Positions 39,697-49,318 of a stretch of DNA of 64,000 nt are shown here, one piece after another. The position numbers and the translations under genes are program-made. The notes under the pieces were generated by a model. The model was not told where the DNA came from. It was given only the letters and a program-made list of their open reading frames with translations, and searched no databases. Source of the stretch: Candidatus Cloacimonadales bacterium (GTDB lineage: Bacteria > Cloacimonadota > Cloacimonadia > Cloacimonadales > JAIOQZ01); assembly GCA_963665815.1 (NCBI GenBank), contig OY762463.1, forward strand, positions 2,240,001 to 2,304,000, given 5' to 3'. Numbering within the stretch: position 1 is the stretch's first letter; every line of letters begins with the position of its first letter.

Positions 39697-42600
39697 ATGA
39701 AAAGAACACTCTTCTCACTTTTAATTTTGATTTTTATAGTGAACCTTACCGCTACCGTTACAGAAACCTTTGAAAACGGTTCTAAAAGCAGTTATGCACT
39801 TGGCTCTGTTGATCTGGATTCCGGAAACTGGTCTTTTGAAAATGCTCTGCTCGGAACACTTGATAATGACAGGAAATTCGATTCCAAATCTGTACGAGTT
39901 AGATATGAATCTGCTCTTCCGGGAAACTTTTTCATGAATTTCGATAAAACCGATGGTGTTGGAGAGTTCAAAATCTATCATGCCAGATATGGTTCTGATC
40001 TTAACCAGAGCTGGACTCTTTACATGTCGACAGACTCAGGCTCTTCCTGGAATCAGGTCGGTTCAGAAGTACAGACTACAAGTACGACTCTTGCTCAGGA
40101 AACATTTTCCATTAACCAGTCTGGTAATGTCCGATTCAAAATTGTTATTACAAGCGGTGTTGCCAGTGATAGATTAAACTTCGATAATGTTGAAATAACT
40201 GATTACGGCAGTGGATCAAGTGTTGTTGCCCCACAGGCTTTTACTGCAACTGCAAACGGAGAAAATGATATACAGCTTGCTTTCCAGACTAACGGAACCG
40301 ATCCGGTATTTATTGTTTACGATATGAACAATACATTCTCTTCACCGACAGACGGAGATGCTGTGCCTTCTGTAGGTTCTGCATATGTCGGTGGGACAGT
40401 GCTATATAACGGTTCAGGAACTTCATACAATCATACAGGTTTGAATGCAGGAGATCACGTTTATTACAGAATATACTCAGTAGACACTAATAATGACTAC
40501 TCAACATATCTTTCTGATGATGCAACAACAGAGACGAATTATTATTCAGGAATCTCAGGAACCGGTGCAACTCTTAAAGCTCAGCTTTCAAATCTTATAG
40601 ACGGACATACAAGTATTTCCTATACTGCTGCAAGATATGCTTTGGAAGTTCTTGATGCCGATCCGGAAATTCCGGGAAATATCGTATCTTTCTATACAGG
40701 CTGGTCATTCTCAAACACATTATGGAACGTAAGTAATGGCTGGAACAGAGAACACGTCTGGTCTCAATCTCATGGAGATCTTGATGACAATAATTCTGAT
40801 GGTTACACAGATCTTCACCATTTAAGAGCAGAAGACGCAACCGTTAATGCTGCCAAAAACAACAGAGATTTTGATGAAGGTGGATCAGCATATACGGACT
40901 CTTCTCCTGCAGAAGGAACAAGCGGAGTTACAGGCTGTTATTCTGATGATGCAAATTGGACATGGGAACCAAGGGACGAAGTAAAAGGCGATGTTGCTCG
41001 AGCTATACTCTATATGGATACACGTTATGAAGGTAACAACGGTGAACTTGATCTGGAAATTCTGGATGATACAGATGTAGCCCCTAATCATGAGCCTTAT
41101 TACGGCAAACTTACTACATTGCTCAGATGGCACAATGAAGACCCTGTAAGCACTGAAGAAGCAGCCCGAAATGAGTTGATATATACAGATTATCAGCATA
41201 ACAGAAATCCGTATATTGATCATCCTGAATATGCAGGATTGGTTTACGGTAATCCTGTAACCAATCAATCTATAAGCAGCTACAACTTCGGTAATGTTGA
41301 AGTTGGCTATGAATCTGATGAGGTATCCTTCACTGTTACCGGAACAGACCTTTATGATGATGTAACTGTTACCGCTCCTTCAGGATTTATGGTTTCACAT
41401 ACTTCCGGTTCAGGATTTACACAATCAATTACTCTACCGATGTTTACAAGATCTGTTAATACAACAGTATATATGAAGTTTGCTCCTCTTGTGGAAACAG
41501 CTTATATTGGTGATGTAATTGTCAGCAGCCCTTACGATGATGGTGTTAATATTATATCTGTTTCCGGAATTGGTGGAGGTGGCGCAGCAGGAGCTGAACT
41601 TGTTATTAATGAATGGTCTCAGGGATCTGACGGAGCTAAAGAATGGGTAGAACTCCTGATTCTTTCCGAGAATGCTGACATCAGCGGTTATCACCTGACA
41701 GACGGAAATGGTTCACTTGATATTGAATTTTCAGGAACAGGATTTAACAATCTTGCTCAGGGTTCAGTGATTGTGATATATAACGGTGGCGATGTTGATG
41801 GAGTTATTACTCCTGATCTTAACTATGACGGAGCAGGCGACAAATCATTACAAATATCTTCTCTGAATGATACAGGTGATTGGGCTCTAACCAGAAACAC
41901 AGGCTGGAGCAATACAAGTGGAGCTTTCTCCAACAGTACATCTACGGATGTTCCACAAATAGCTGATGGAAGAACAATTCTATTTACATGTCCTAAGCAT
42001 GCTGCAGGTAATGAAACAGCGTATTTTACAGAAAACTCAGTTCAACTTGCTCAAGACTCAGCTAACTGGGTAACTGACGTATCTACAAACGCCTCACCGG
42101 CAACCGGAAACGGTGGCAACAATACAATCTGGGTTGTTACTCTTCCTGTAACACTTTCTTCTTTCAATGGTGTATTTACTGCTGAAGAAGAAGTGGAACT
42201 TAACTGGATTACAGAATCTGAATCAGAAATGATGGGATATAAAGTATTCAGAGCTCCAGAAGATAATTTTGCAATTACACAGATTGTCTCAAATCTCATC
42301 CCGGCTCTTAATAATTCTACTCAGACTCAATACAGTTATACTGACACAGATATTGAGACAAACAGCATGTACTATTACTGGATAGAAAGTATTGATAATG
42401 CAGGAATGGCGAGGTATTATGGACCGGTTACGGTTTCTACGGAAGTTGAAGATGTTGTTGAACCTGACTTCTACCCAAGCACCGGTATTGTAGGAAACTA
42501 TCCTAACCCATTCAATCCCGAAACAAAAATTGTATATAGCATAAAAGGAACTGAAAACGAGTATACCCATGTTGATTTAAGGATATATAACATCAGAGGA

Positions 42601-42768
42601 CAGCTTGTTAAAAAGCTTATTGATGAATCTCAAACGCCGGGAGAAAACAAACATGTTACCTGGTACGGCAAGGATAAAGATAATAATGCCGTAGGGTCAG
42701 GTGTATATTTCGTCAAGCTACAGACAAACGACAATGTAACGATAAAGAAAATTACATTACTTAAATAG
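39697..42768 (+). CDS. Secreted endonuclease I (Bsn/EndA-type His-Me finger) multidomain nuclease with lamin-tail-like and C-terminal sorting domains
   Basis: WNREHVWSQS, TDLHHLRAED..VN..KNNRDF, WEPRDEVKGDVARAILYMDTRY, QHNRNPYIDHPE; LVINEW...EWVEL; LPVTLSSF; NYPNPFNP CTD. Start ATG 39697 after AGGAG. Confidence 0.92.
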   Translation: MKRTLFSLLILIFIVNLTATVTETFENGSKSSYALGSVDLDSGNWSFENALLGTLDNDRKFDSKSVRVRYESALPGNFFMNFDKTDGVGEFKIYHARYGSDLNQSWTLYMSTDSGSSWNQVGSEVQTTSTTLAQETFSINQSGNVRFKIVITSGVASDRLNFDNVEITDYGSGSSVVAPQAFTATANGENDIQLAFQTNGTDPVFIVYDMNNTFSSPTDGDAVPSVGSAYVGGTVLYNGSGTSYNHTGLNAGDHVYYRIYSVDTNNDYSTYLSDDATTETNYYSGISGTGATLKAQLSNLIDGHTSISYTAARYALEVLDADPEIPGNIVSFYTGWSFSNTLWNVSNGWNREHVWSQSHGDLDDNNSDGYTDLHHLRAEDATVNAAKNNRDFDEGGSAYTDSSPAEGTSGVTGCYSDDANWTWEPRDEVKGDVARAILYMDTRYEGNNGELDLEILDDTDVAPNHEPYYGKLTTLLRWHNEDPVSTEEAARNELIYTDYQHNRNPYIDHPEYAGLVYGNPVTNQSISSYNFGNVEVGYESDEVSFTVTGTDLYDDVTVTAPSGFMVSHTSGSGFTQSITLPMFTRSVNTTVYMKFAPLVETAYIGDVIVSSPYDDGVNIISVSGIGGGGAAGAELVINEWSQGSDGAKEWVELLILSENADISGYHLTDGNGSLDIEFSGTGFNNLAQGSVIVIYNGGDVDGVITPDLNYDGAGDKSLQISSLNDTGDWALTRNTGWSNTSGAFSNSTSTDVPQIADGRTILFTCPKHAAGNETAYFTENSVQLAQDSANWVTDVSTNASPATGNGGNNTIWVVTLPVTLSSFNGVFTAEEEVELNWITESESEMMGYKVFRAPEDNFAITQIVSNLIPALNNSTQTQYSYTDTDIETNSMYYYWIESIDNAGMARYYGPVTVSTEVEDVVEPDFYPSTGIVGNYPNPFNPETKIVYSIKGTENEYTHVDLRIYNIRGQLVKKLIDESQTPGENKHVTWYGKDKDNNAVGSGVYFVKLQTNDNVTIKKITLLK

Positions 42769-42790
42769 CAGATTCATTTAAGGTATTGTT

Positions 42791-42819
42791 AACAGGACAC
42801 TTTCGAGTGTCCTGTTTTT
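42791..42819 (+). terminator. Rho-independent terminator
   Basis: AACAGGACACT-TTCG-AGTGTCCTGTT plus T tract. Confidence 0.88.
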
Positions 42820-42874
42820 GTTGTTGACTACAATCAGCAATCTGTTACTAATTGAAAAAACTCAGGACAGATAT

Positions 42875-44134
42875 ATGAACTATAAACTACCTTATGGAAA
42901 AGCATACAAAGAATTCGAGCTTGATGATAAAAACCTGATTGATATTCTGCAGATGGAAGACTTAGAACAGATTGATGATCTGAGCCGTTATTTCAAAGCG
43001 AAACTTGAAAGCCCGATTGCTTCAGATTCCTTTTTTGAGTCTGTCAGGAAATCCAATGCTGAATCAGTAGCTGTTATTGTGTCGGATAACACCAGATCAT
43101 GCCCCTACAAGATCATCCTGCCGATAATTACAGATAATATGATACGCTGCGGGATAGATAAAGATAATATTACATTCATAATTGCAACAGGAACTCATCC
43201 AGCAATGTCGAAAGAAGATATTACTGAGCATTACGGAGAGGAAACAGCAACGCAGTTCAGGTTTCTCTGTCATGACTGCTATGCAGAGGATCTGGTGGAA
43301 GTTGGAAAACTGGAGAACGGCTATCCTCTGAAGATCAACAGATATGTTTTTGAAGCGGATTTTGTGATTACAACCGGGATTTTGAATACACACTATCTCG
43401 CAGGATTTTCCGGAGGACGTAAATCTATTCTACCGGGTGTCAGTGATTACGATTCTATCCGGAGGAATCATTCTCAAGTATGCCACGAGGATGTTCAACT
43501 GGCGAATATCAGCACAAATCCGATCCACAGACAAATGGTAGAAGCGGCTCGTCTTGCCGGGGTTGACTTCAATATTAACTTTGTTCTGAACAACAAAAAA
43601 CAGGTTGCAGAGGTATTCTGTGGTGCTCTGGAAGAATCATTCAGAGCTGGTGCAGAGTTTATTCGTGACAACTATTCGGTAAATTATTCAGAATTGGCAG
43701 ATATTGTAATTACTTCTGCCGGAGGTTACCCGAAAGACAAAACGCTTTACCATACTCAAAAATGTCTGAATAACGTGGAATGCCTTGTAAAACCGGGAGG
43801 AATGATTATTGTTGTAAGTTCCTGCGTTGATGGACATGGTTCCAGTACAATGCTGGATGTAATGAGTTCCCATGATTCAATTGGGTCGGTGCTGGCCATT
43901 CCTCAAAGCGAGATTTCTATTGGTGGACACAGAGCTGTTGCAACTGCCAGACTGCTGAGTAAGTTCGACATAGATATCATCTGCGAAATGGACAGAGCTG
44001 AGCTGAAAGCAATGCATTTTGAATTATCAGAGTCAGTTAAGCAGTCTATCGAGAATGTTAAAATCAAATACGGAACAGATTTTAAGGCATATGTTGTGCC
44101 TAACGGTACTTTCTTTTATGGGGTTAAGAAATAA
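42875..44134 (+). CDS. larA: LarA-family nickel-pincer-dependent 2-hydroxyacid racemase/epimerase
   Basis: VSDNTR, IATGTH, HYLAGFSGGRKSILPG, NHS, SAGGYPKD.TLYH.QK motifs. Substrate cannot be determined from sequence. Confidence 0.85.
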   Translation: MNYKLPYGKAYKEFELDDKNLIDILQMEDLEQIDDLSRYFKAKLESPIASDSFFESVRKSNAESVAVIVSDNTRSCPYKIILPIITDNMIRCGIDKDNITFIIATGTHPAMSKEDITEHYGEETATQFRFLCHDCYAEDLVEVGKLENGYPLKINRYVFEADFVITTGILNTHYLAGFSGGRKSILPGVSDYDSIRRNHSQVCHEDVQLANISTNPIHRQMVEAARLAGVDFNINFVLNNKKQVAEVFCGALEESFRAGAEFIRDNYSVNYSELADIVITSAGGYPKDKTLYHTQKCLNNVECLVKPGGMIIVVSSCVDGHGSSTMLDVMSSHDSIGSVLAIPQSEISIGGHRAVATARLLSKFDIDIICEMDRAELKAMHFELSESVKQSIENVKIKYGTDFKAYVVPNGTFFYGVKK

Positions 44135-44194
44135 CATTGTTATTCTCTGAATTAGAGTCTAAATCATTTGCACTTGAGCGATAAGGAGTGAAAC

Positions 44195-45238
44195 ATGTCT
44201 AAGGTATACTGGAAAAGAATAAATAATAATACTTCCGTTGAGGAGGTTCAGCAGATTTCTGTTACATTGATGGACCGAATTGTTAAAGATGAGAATATAG
44301 AACTGGAAAAGACTGTCCCACTCAAAGTGCATTTCGGGGAGAAGGGAAATCAGACTTTTATCAGATCGGAAAACTACCTCGGGATAATTGACTACCTGAA
44401 GGAAAGAGATATAGAAACATCTTACATGGAAACGAGTGTTATGTATGGCGGACAGCGTCATAAGCGTGATCTGCACATAAAAACAGCTCAGGAGCATGGA
44501 TTTACTCAGCTTCCGATTGTTATTGCAGATGGTGAACAGGGAGAAGCTTTTACAGAAGTTAAAATTGATAAAAACCACTTCACAACCTGTAAGATTGGCA
44601 AGGAGTTCGAGAAATACAGACAGATGGTTGTGATTTCACACTTCAAGGGGCATATGCTGGCAGGATTTGGCGGAGCGATCAAACAGCTTTCCATGGGGAT
44701 GGCTTCCAAAGGTGGAAAACTGGCTATGCATATGGGAATCAAGCCGCATATAGTTTCCCGCAAGTGTAAACACTGTAACCTTTGCATGACTCGCTGCAAC
44801 GAAAATGCAATTACTATTGGCAAGAAGAGTTTTATTGATCACGATAAATGTGTTGGCTGCGGTGCCTGTGTTTCGATTTGCCCTCATAAAGCGGTTTCGA
44901 TAATGTCGGTTAAGGGGATAATGAGAATGTTCGGTATTGGCAACCCGTTTCAGGAGAAACTTGTTGAGTACGCTTACGCAGCAGCCAAGGATAAGGACTT
45001 CATTTATATGAATTTTGCCATGAACATAACAGCCGGTTGTGATTGTGAACCCCGCAAGATGAAACCGTTGATGGAAGATCTGGGGATTTTCGTCTCAACT
45101 GATCCTGTAGCAATAGACAAAGCCTGTCATGTTATGATTAAAGAGAAAGGTAAGAAGTTCAGGGGATCAAAACAGTTTGAATATGCCGAAAGCATTGGAC
45201 TTGGTTCAGCTGACTATGAACTGGTGGAGGTGGAGTAG
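44195..45238 (+). CDS. DUF362 domain Fe-S protein with 2x[4Fe-4S] ferredoxin insert
   Basis: LKVHFGEKGN, SHFKGH..AGFGGAIKQLSMG, CKHCNLC...C and CVGCGACVSICP, CDC, STDPVAIDKAC. Confidence 0.9.
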   Translation: MSKVYWKRINNNTSVEEVQQISVTLMDRIVKDENIELEKTVPLKVHFGEKGNQTFIRSENYLGIIDYLKERDIETSYMETSVMYGGQRHKRDLHIKTAQEHGFTQLPIVIADGEQGEAFTEVKIDKNHFTTCKIGKEFEKYRQMVVISHFKGHMLAGFGGAIKQLSMGMASKGGKLAMHMGIKPHIVSRKCKHCNLCMTRCNENAITIGKKSFIDHDKCVGCGACVSICPHKAVSIMSVKGIMRMFGIGNPFQEKLVEYAYAAAKDKDFIYMNFAMNITAGCDCEPRKMKPLMEDLGIFVSTDPVAIDKACHVMIKEKGKKFRGSKQFEYAESIGLGSADYELVEVE

Positions 45239-45260
45239 GCAACTAATCTGATTACACAAA

Positions 45261-46094
45261 CTAAGTAATGATTGTTGTTTCTTTTGATTTAAAGATGTCC
45301 TTTGATTTAAAGTCAATCTCTGGAGCAGATGGTCCCGGAGTGATTGTTTTTTCTTTTATATGGTATACTATATCCCTGCTTTTACAGTAATTTATAGTTG
45401 TTTCTGATAGTTTGTTGTAGAACTCTTTATAGTGTTCGTATTGAGAGACTGATTTGTTATAATGAAGTCTTCCAAATATAATTTTATCGGCAAATGAAAC
45501 TGATTCAAGAATTTCATCAAAATTTTGGTTTATAATATTAGGGGTAGGATAAGGCTCAATACTCACCCATGTTTTAAATCCATTTTCATGGATTTTCTTC
45601 AAACTTTCAATTCTGTCAATGTACTTAGCTGAAAAAGGTTCCATAGATTTTCTGAAATCTTCGTTGAGAGAAATTAATGTAATGCCGTATTCATTGTTTC
45701 TTGAGAACTCAGTGAGTTTAGCTGGAAGAGTTCCCTTTGTAAGTAATGTGACTTTTATACTATTTGCATTAAGATACTCAATGATTTGCAAAGTTAAATC
45801 ATGTATTTCAGGATAACCCACCATGAATGGGTCAGTCGTGAATGAAAGATGAACAGATTTTATCTTGTCTTTAAGTCTTGGAACTTCTTTGCGCAATAAA
45901 GACATAGCATTAGACACAACTGATGGATTGCACCAGTCTTGATATGTTTTAACTTTACCAAATCGTTTGGCTAGCATGAAAGCATAGCATGGGTAAAGGC
46001 ATCCATGTGAACAACCTTGAACATGGTTGATCGTGTAGTCACCATATTCCACACCAGTTTTATATAGTAGAGATTTACGTTTGATACTTTTCAT
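45261..46094 (-). CDS. Radical SAM protein (SPL-like/TcmP-partner type) with CX3CX3C motif
   Basis: INHVQGCSHGCLYPCYA, SFTTDPF, LLTKG, EP.SA...RIESLK..H..G.KTWVSIEPYP. Confidence 0.85.
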   Translation of the reverse strand: MKSIKRKSLLYKTGVEYGDYTINHVQGCSHGCLYPCYAFMLAKRFGKVKTYQDWCNPSVVSNAMSLLRKEVPRLKDKIKSVHLSFTTDPFMVGYPEIHDLTLQIIEYLNANSIKVTLLTKGTLPAKLTEFSRNNEYGITLISLNEDFRKSMEPFSAKYIDRIESLKKIHENGFKTWVSIEPYPTPNIINQNFDEILESVSFADKIIFGRLHYNKSVSQYEHYKEFYNKLSETTINYCKSRDIVYHIKEKTITPGPSAPEIDFKSKDIFKSKETTIIT

Positions 46095-46100
46095 TTTTCC

Positions 46101-47156
46101 TCAAAATGTAATTAAATCATTACCTTTTAAACCAGTTTTTAAACTATCAATTCTTTGTACAATAATTTTACCTTCTTTTTCAAGTTTTTTCAATGAATTT
46201 CTTATTTCAGATTCAAGAAATGGTGACTCATCAATACATTCTTCTATAATTCTCTCATATGTTCTTCGAGAATTCCAATATTTATTATACAGAAAATCAG
46301 CACATTCACGTTTTTTTAGTAAATCAAAAATCGTTGTTTGATTTTTCATTTTTCCAATATATTCAATATTACCAAAATTATATTTTGCGAAACTTGATTT
46401 CATAATTGATGCACCCTTATAATGATTTGTTAGGTGAAAAAGATAATAATACGTTCTATTCTGATCTGGGAATGATATTCTATATGGATAAACAAAGCTG
46501 GCAATTTCTTTACATTTATTTCTATAAAGGCTAACAAGTTGCTCTTCTCTTTCAGAACCAGATAATTCAATACACTTTCTCCACTGTTTTGTATTGAACA
46601 AAATATCCAACGTAGAATCTACTTTCCCAGAGGAAATTCCTCTGTTGATTCCATTGAACATGAAATTCAAGATAATCTCAGTCCTACTCTTGGTCATAAT
46701 CTCTTTCAAAATAGAAAAATCAATGCTATATCCAAATGGGTCAATGAAAAAAAGATTTGCACTTGTTGTTTTGTTGTTAATTAATGATAAGGCAACGGCA
46801 TTAAAATCATTATTTATTAACTCACAGAAATCCATCAAATTGTTCTGAATTATTACTTTTTCAAGATTATGTAATATTGTCGGATCTTTTTCAATTATAA
46901 TTAACTTTGTGTTTCTATTTAATTTTAAATTGTTATCCTTGATACTTTTTAAAATAATAATTGGAGAACCATCATGCTCAATATTATTCTCATCTTTGTA
47001 GATTCCATTTCCTCCATAACAGTCAAAAATAGTTAAATCATTGAATTTTCCGAGAATTTTAATCCATATATTGATGTAGTCACCAACTGTTTTATGCTTT
47101 ACTTTAGTATGATCCTCAATATCCCAGTAATTAATTTCGTAATTTTTGTCTGTCAT
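46101..47156 (-). CDS. tcmP: Three-Cys-motif partner protein (TcmP family, SAM-binding methyltransferase-like fold plus C-terminal wHTH-like region)
   Basis: HTKVKH...YINIW, IFDCYGGNG.Y, GSPIII, IEKD, NDFN, FFIDPFG, TEIILNF, YYLFHLTNH.KG..IMK; ATG 47156 after AAGGAG. Confidence 0.85.
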   Translation of the reverse strand: MTDKNYEINYWDIEDHTKVKHKTVGDYINIWIKILGKFNDLTIFDCYGGNGIYKDENNIEHDGSPIIILKSIKDNNLKLNRNTKLIIIEKDPTILHNLEKVIIQNNLMDFCELINNDFNAVALSLINNKTTSANLFFIDPFGYSIDFSILKEIMTKSRTEIILNFMFNGINRGISSGKVDSTLDILFNTKQWRKCIELSGSEREEQLVSLYRNKCKEIASFVYPYRISFPDQNRTYYYLFHLTNHYKGASIMKSSFAKYNFGNIEYIGKMKNQTTIFDLLKKRECADFLYNKYWNSRRTYERIIEECIDESPFLESEIRNSLKKLEKEGKIIVQRIDSLKTGLKGNDLITF

Positions 47157-47295
47157 GTTCACTCCTTACATGTTTATACAATTACATATATTACTACAGA
47201 GTTTGTCAAGCCCATAATCATTTGCTATAAACTTTCAAGCTTGACTTTAATCTCAATACTGTAAAAATTTTGGAAACCCACATCAGGACCGAAAT

Positions 47296-48297
47296 ATGCA
47301 AACAAAAGTATTGTTTTACTGGGATGCTCGTGCTGAGCTGAAAGATTATCTAAAAGCCGGATTAACTAATTCTGAGATAGAAATGTTCTTCAAGGACGAG
47401 ATTAGCGAGGAAGCTCTGAACAAGATTGTCCCGGAAATGGATATTCTTGTCTGCTGGAGACCTCCAAAAGAAATGCTGGAGAAAGCTTCCAAGCTAACTG
47501 TTTTGATAAACCCCGGTGCCGGAGTTCAGCACTTAAAAGAATTCGAACAATTTTTCAGGGAACGAAGAATAACTTTGATCAATGGGCATGGGAACGCTTA
47601 TTTTACTGCACAGCATGTTGTTGCCATGCTCCTAACTGTGACAAACATGATAATCCCTCACCATAATGCAATGAAATCCGGTATGTGGAGGCTAGGAGAT
47701 GATTTTGCAGCATCTGTTCCACTGCGTAACAGACATATTGGTCTGCTTGGTTATGGTCATGTCAATAGGCTTGTACATAAGTTTCTTAGTGGTTTTGATA
47801 TGGAGTTATCCATCCTTAAAAGACATCTGTCGGAATCCGAAATTATCAGCAGGAAGTACTATTCTGTGGAACAACTTCACGATTTTCTCAAGGGTATCGA
47901 CACGCTTATCATTGCAGTTCCATACACAGAAAAAACACATAATATGATTGATAAACATGAACTTGAACTGCTTGGCAAAAATGGGATTATTATCAATGCC
48001 GGACGTGGTCCTGTTGTCAATGAAGAGGCTTTTTACAACAGTCTGAAAGACAGAACAATAATGATGGCAGCAATTGATGTCTGGTATAATTACAGACCAG
48101 AGCCAGATATAAACAGAGAGCTTCATCCTGCGGAATATCCATTTCATGAACTTGATAATGTTTTGTTATCTCCCCATAGAGCAGCATCTCCTTTCAGTGA
48201 TTTGAAGAGATGGGATGAGGTTATTAAAAATATTTCATTATTCTCTACCGGAAGCAAAGATCTTGTAAACATTGTAGATATCGAAGAAGGATATTGA
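47296..48297 (+). CDS. D-isomer-specific 2-hydroxyacid dehydrogenase family protein
   Basis: GAGV, GLLGYGHV Rossmann motif, P.T..T.NMI, INAGRG.VV.EEA, AIDVW, SPHRA. Confidence 0.9.
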   Translation: MQTKVLFYWDARAELKDYLKAGLTNSEIEMFFKDEISEEALNKIVPEMDILVCWRPPKEMLEKASKLTVLINPGAGVQHLKEFEQFFRERRITLINGHGNAYFTAQHVVAMLLTVTNMIIPHHNAMKSGMWRLGDDFAASVPLRNRHIGLLGYGHVNRLVHKFLSGFDMELSILKRHLSESEIISRKYYSVEQLHDFLKGIDTLIIAVPYTEKTHNMIDKHELELLGKNGIIINAGRGPVVNEEAFYNSLKDRTIMMAAIDVWYNYRPEPDINRELHPAEYPFHELDNVLLSPHRAASPFSDLKRWDEVIKNISLFSTGSKDLVNIVDIEEGY

Positions 48298-48461
48298 TTT
48301 TCGAATAAGCGTTCATATAATCATTTAATTCAATTACTTATTAATCTTGAGCAGAATTCATTTTGTATTGACAAAACCCTTCCACTGTATTACTTTTTGT
48401 TAAGTTATAGTAAACAACAGTATTATGAACAGAGCAAAATAACGGAAAGAAGGAGTAAGTA

Positions 48462-49205
48462 GTGAAGTATTATATTTTAGTTTTATGCCTGCTGATTAGC
48501 TTGTCTATCTCTGCTGAGACAATTACATTAGGATATTTTGATAATGCACCTCATGCATTCAAAGATGGAAATGGTGCTTGTGATGGAGCTTTAAAAGAAT
48601 TTTTACAGAAGAAAATTGGACCCGAAATGGGGGTATCAGTTAATCTTGTGTCTCAGCCAATTGCGAGAATTCTTCAATCTATGAGTGATGGAACTATTGA
48701 CGGAGCAGTATTGTTCGGTTTCACAAAAGAAAGAGCTGAAAAATACAACTTTCCAACAAATAATTTCTTTGAACTCGTACCGGTGATAATCGTTCCAATT
48801 GATAGCAAGATCAAAAATATCAAAACAGCTGAAGACTTGAAGGATCTCAAAATTGGTTATGCTCTTAAAGCAATCGAAAGTCCTTTTGTCAGAGGGAAGG
48901 GATTGGAATTTGATAAGATTGGTGGAACAGATGCACTGGAAGTCAACTTCAGGAAACTGACCGGCAAAAGAATAGATGCTATCTATTGGCCTGATAAGCC
49001 CGTTGTTGTTCAATTAGTTAAAAAACTGGGACTGGAAGGGAAAGTAAGGATTATACAACTGCCAGAGAAAGCTATTCCACTTTATACAATTTTCTCAAAG
49101 AAATCAAGCCATAAGGATTTATCCTCGCGGTACGATAAAGCATTTGAGAAGATTAATGGTAAGAAATTATATATGGCAATGTTAACTCCGTTTCTTTCAA
49201 AATAG
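48462..49205 (+). CDS. Periplasmic substrate-binding protein (SBP family 3-like)
   Basis: GTG start after AAGGAG; signal peptide; PH.F, ARIL..M..G.IDG, T.ER, KL..KRIDA. Confidence 0.8.
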   Translation: MKYYILVLCLLISLSISAETITLGYFDNAPHAFKDGNGACDGALKEFLQKKIGPEMGVSVNLVSQPIARILQSMSDGTIDGAVLFGFTKERAEKYNFPTNNFFELVPVIIVPIDSKIKNIKTAEDLKDLKIGYALKAIESPFVRGKGLEFDKIGGTDALEVNFRKLTGKRIDAIYWPDKPVVVQLVKKLGLEGKVRIIQLPEKAIPLYTIFSKKSSHKDLSSRYDKAFEKINGKKLYMAMLTPFLSK

Positions 49206-49228
49206 TATTCTTAGATTCACAAATTGCT

Positions 49229-49254
49229 GGACTGCAAATGCAGTCCTTTTTTTT
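49229..49254 (+). terminator. Rho-independent terminator
   Basis: GGACTGC-AAAT-GCAGTCC plus T8. Confidence 0.85.
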
Positions 49255-49318
49255 ATAGATTAAGGTCTATAGATACATAGGTTGACTTGAATTTCATGAT
49301 AAGTATTTGGAGAAAGGA

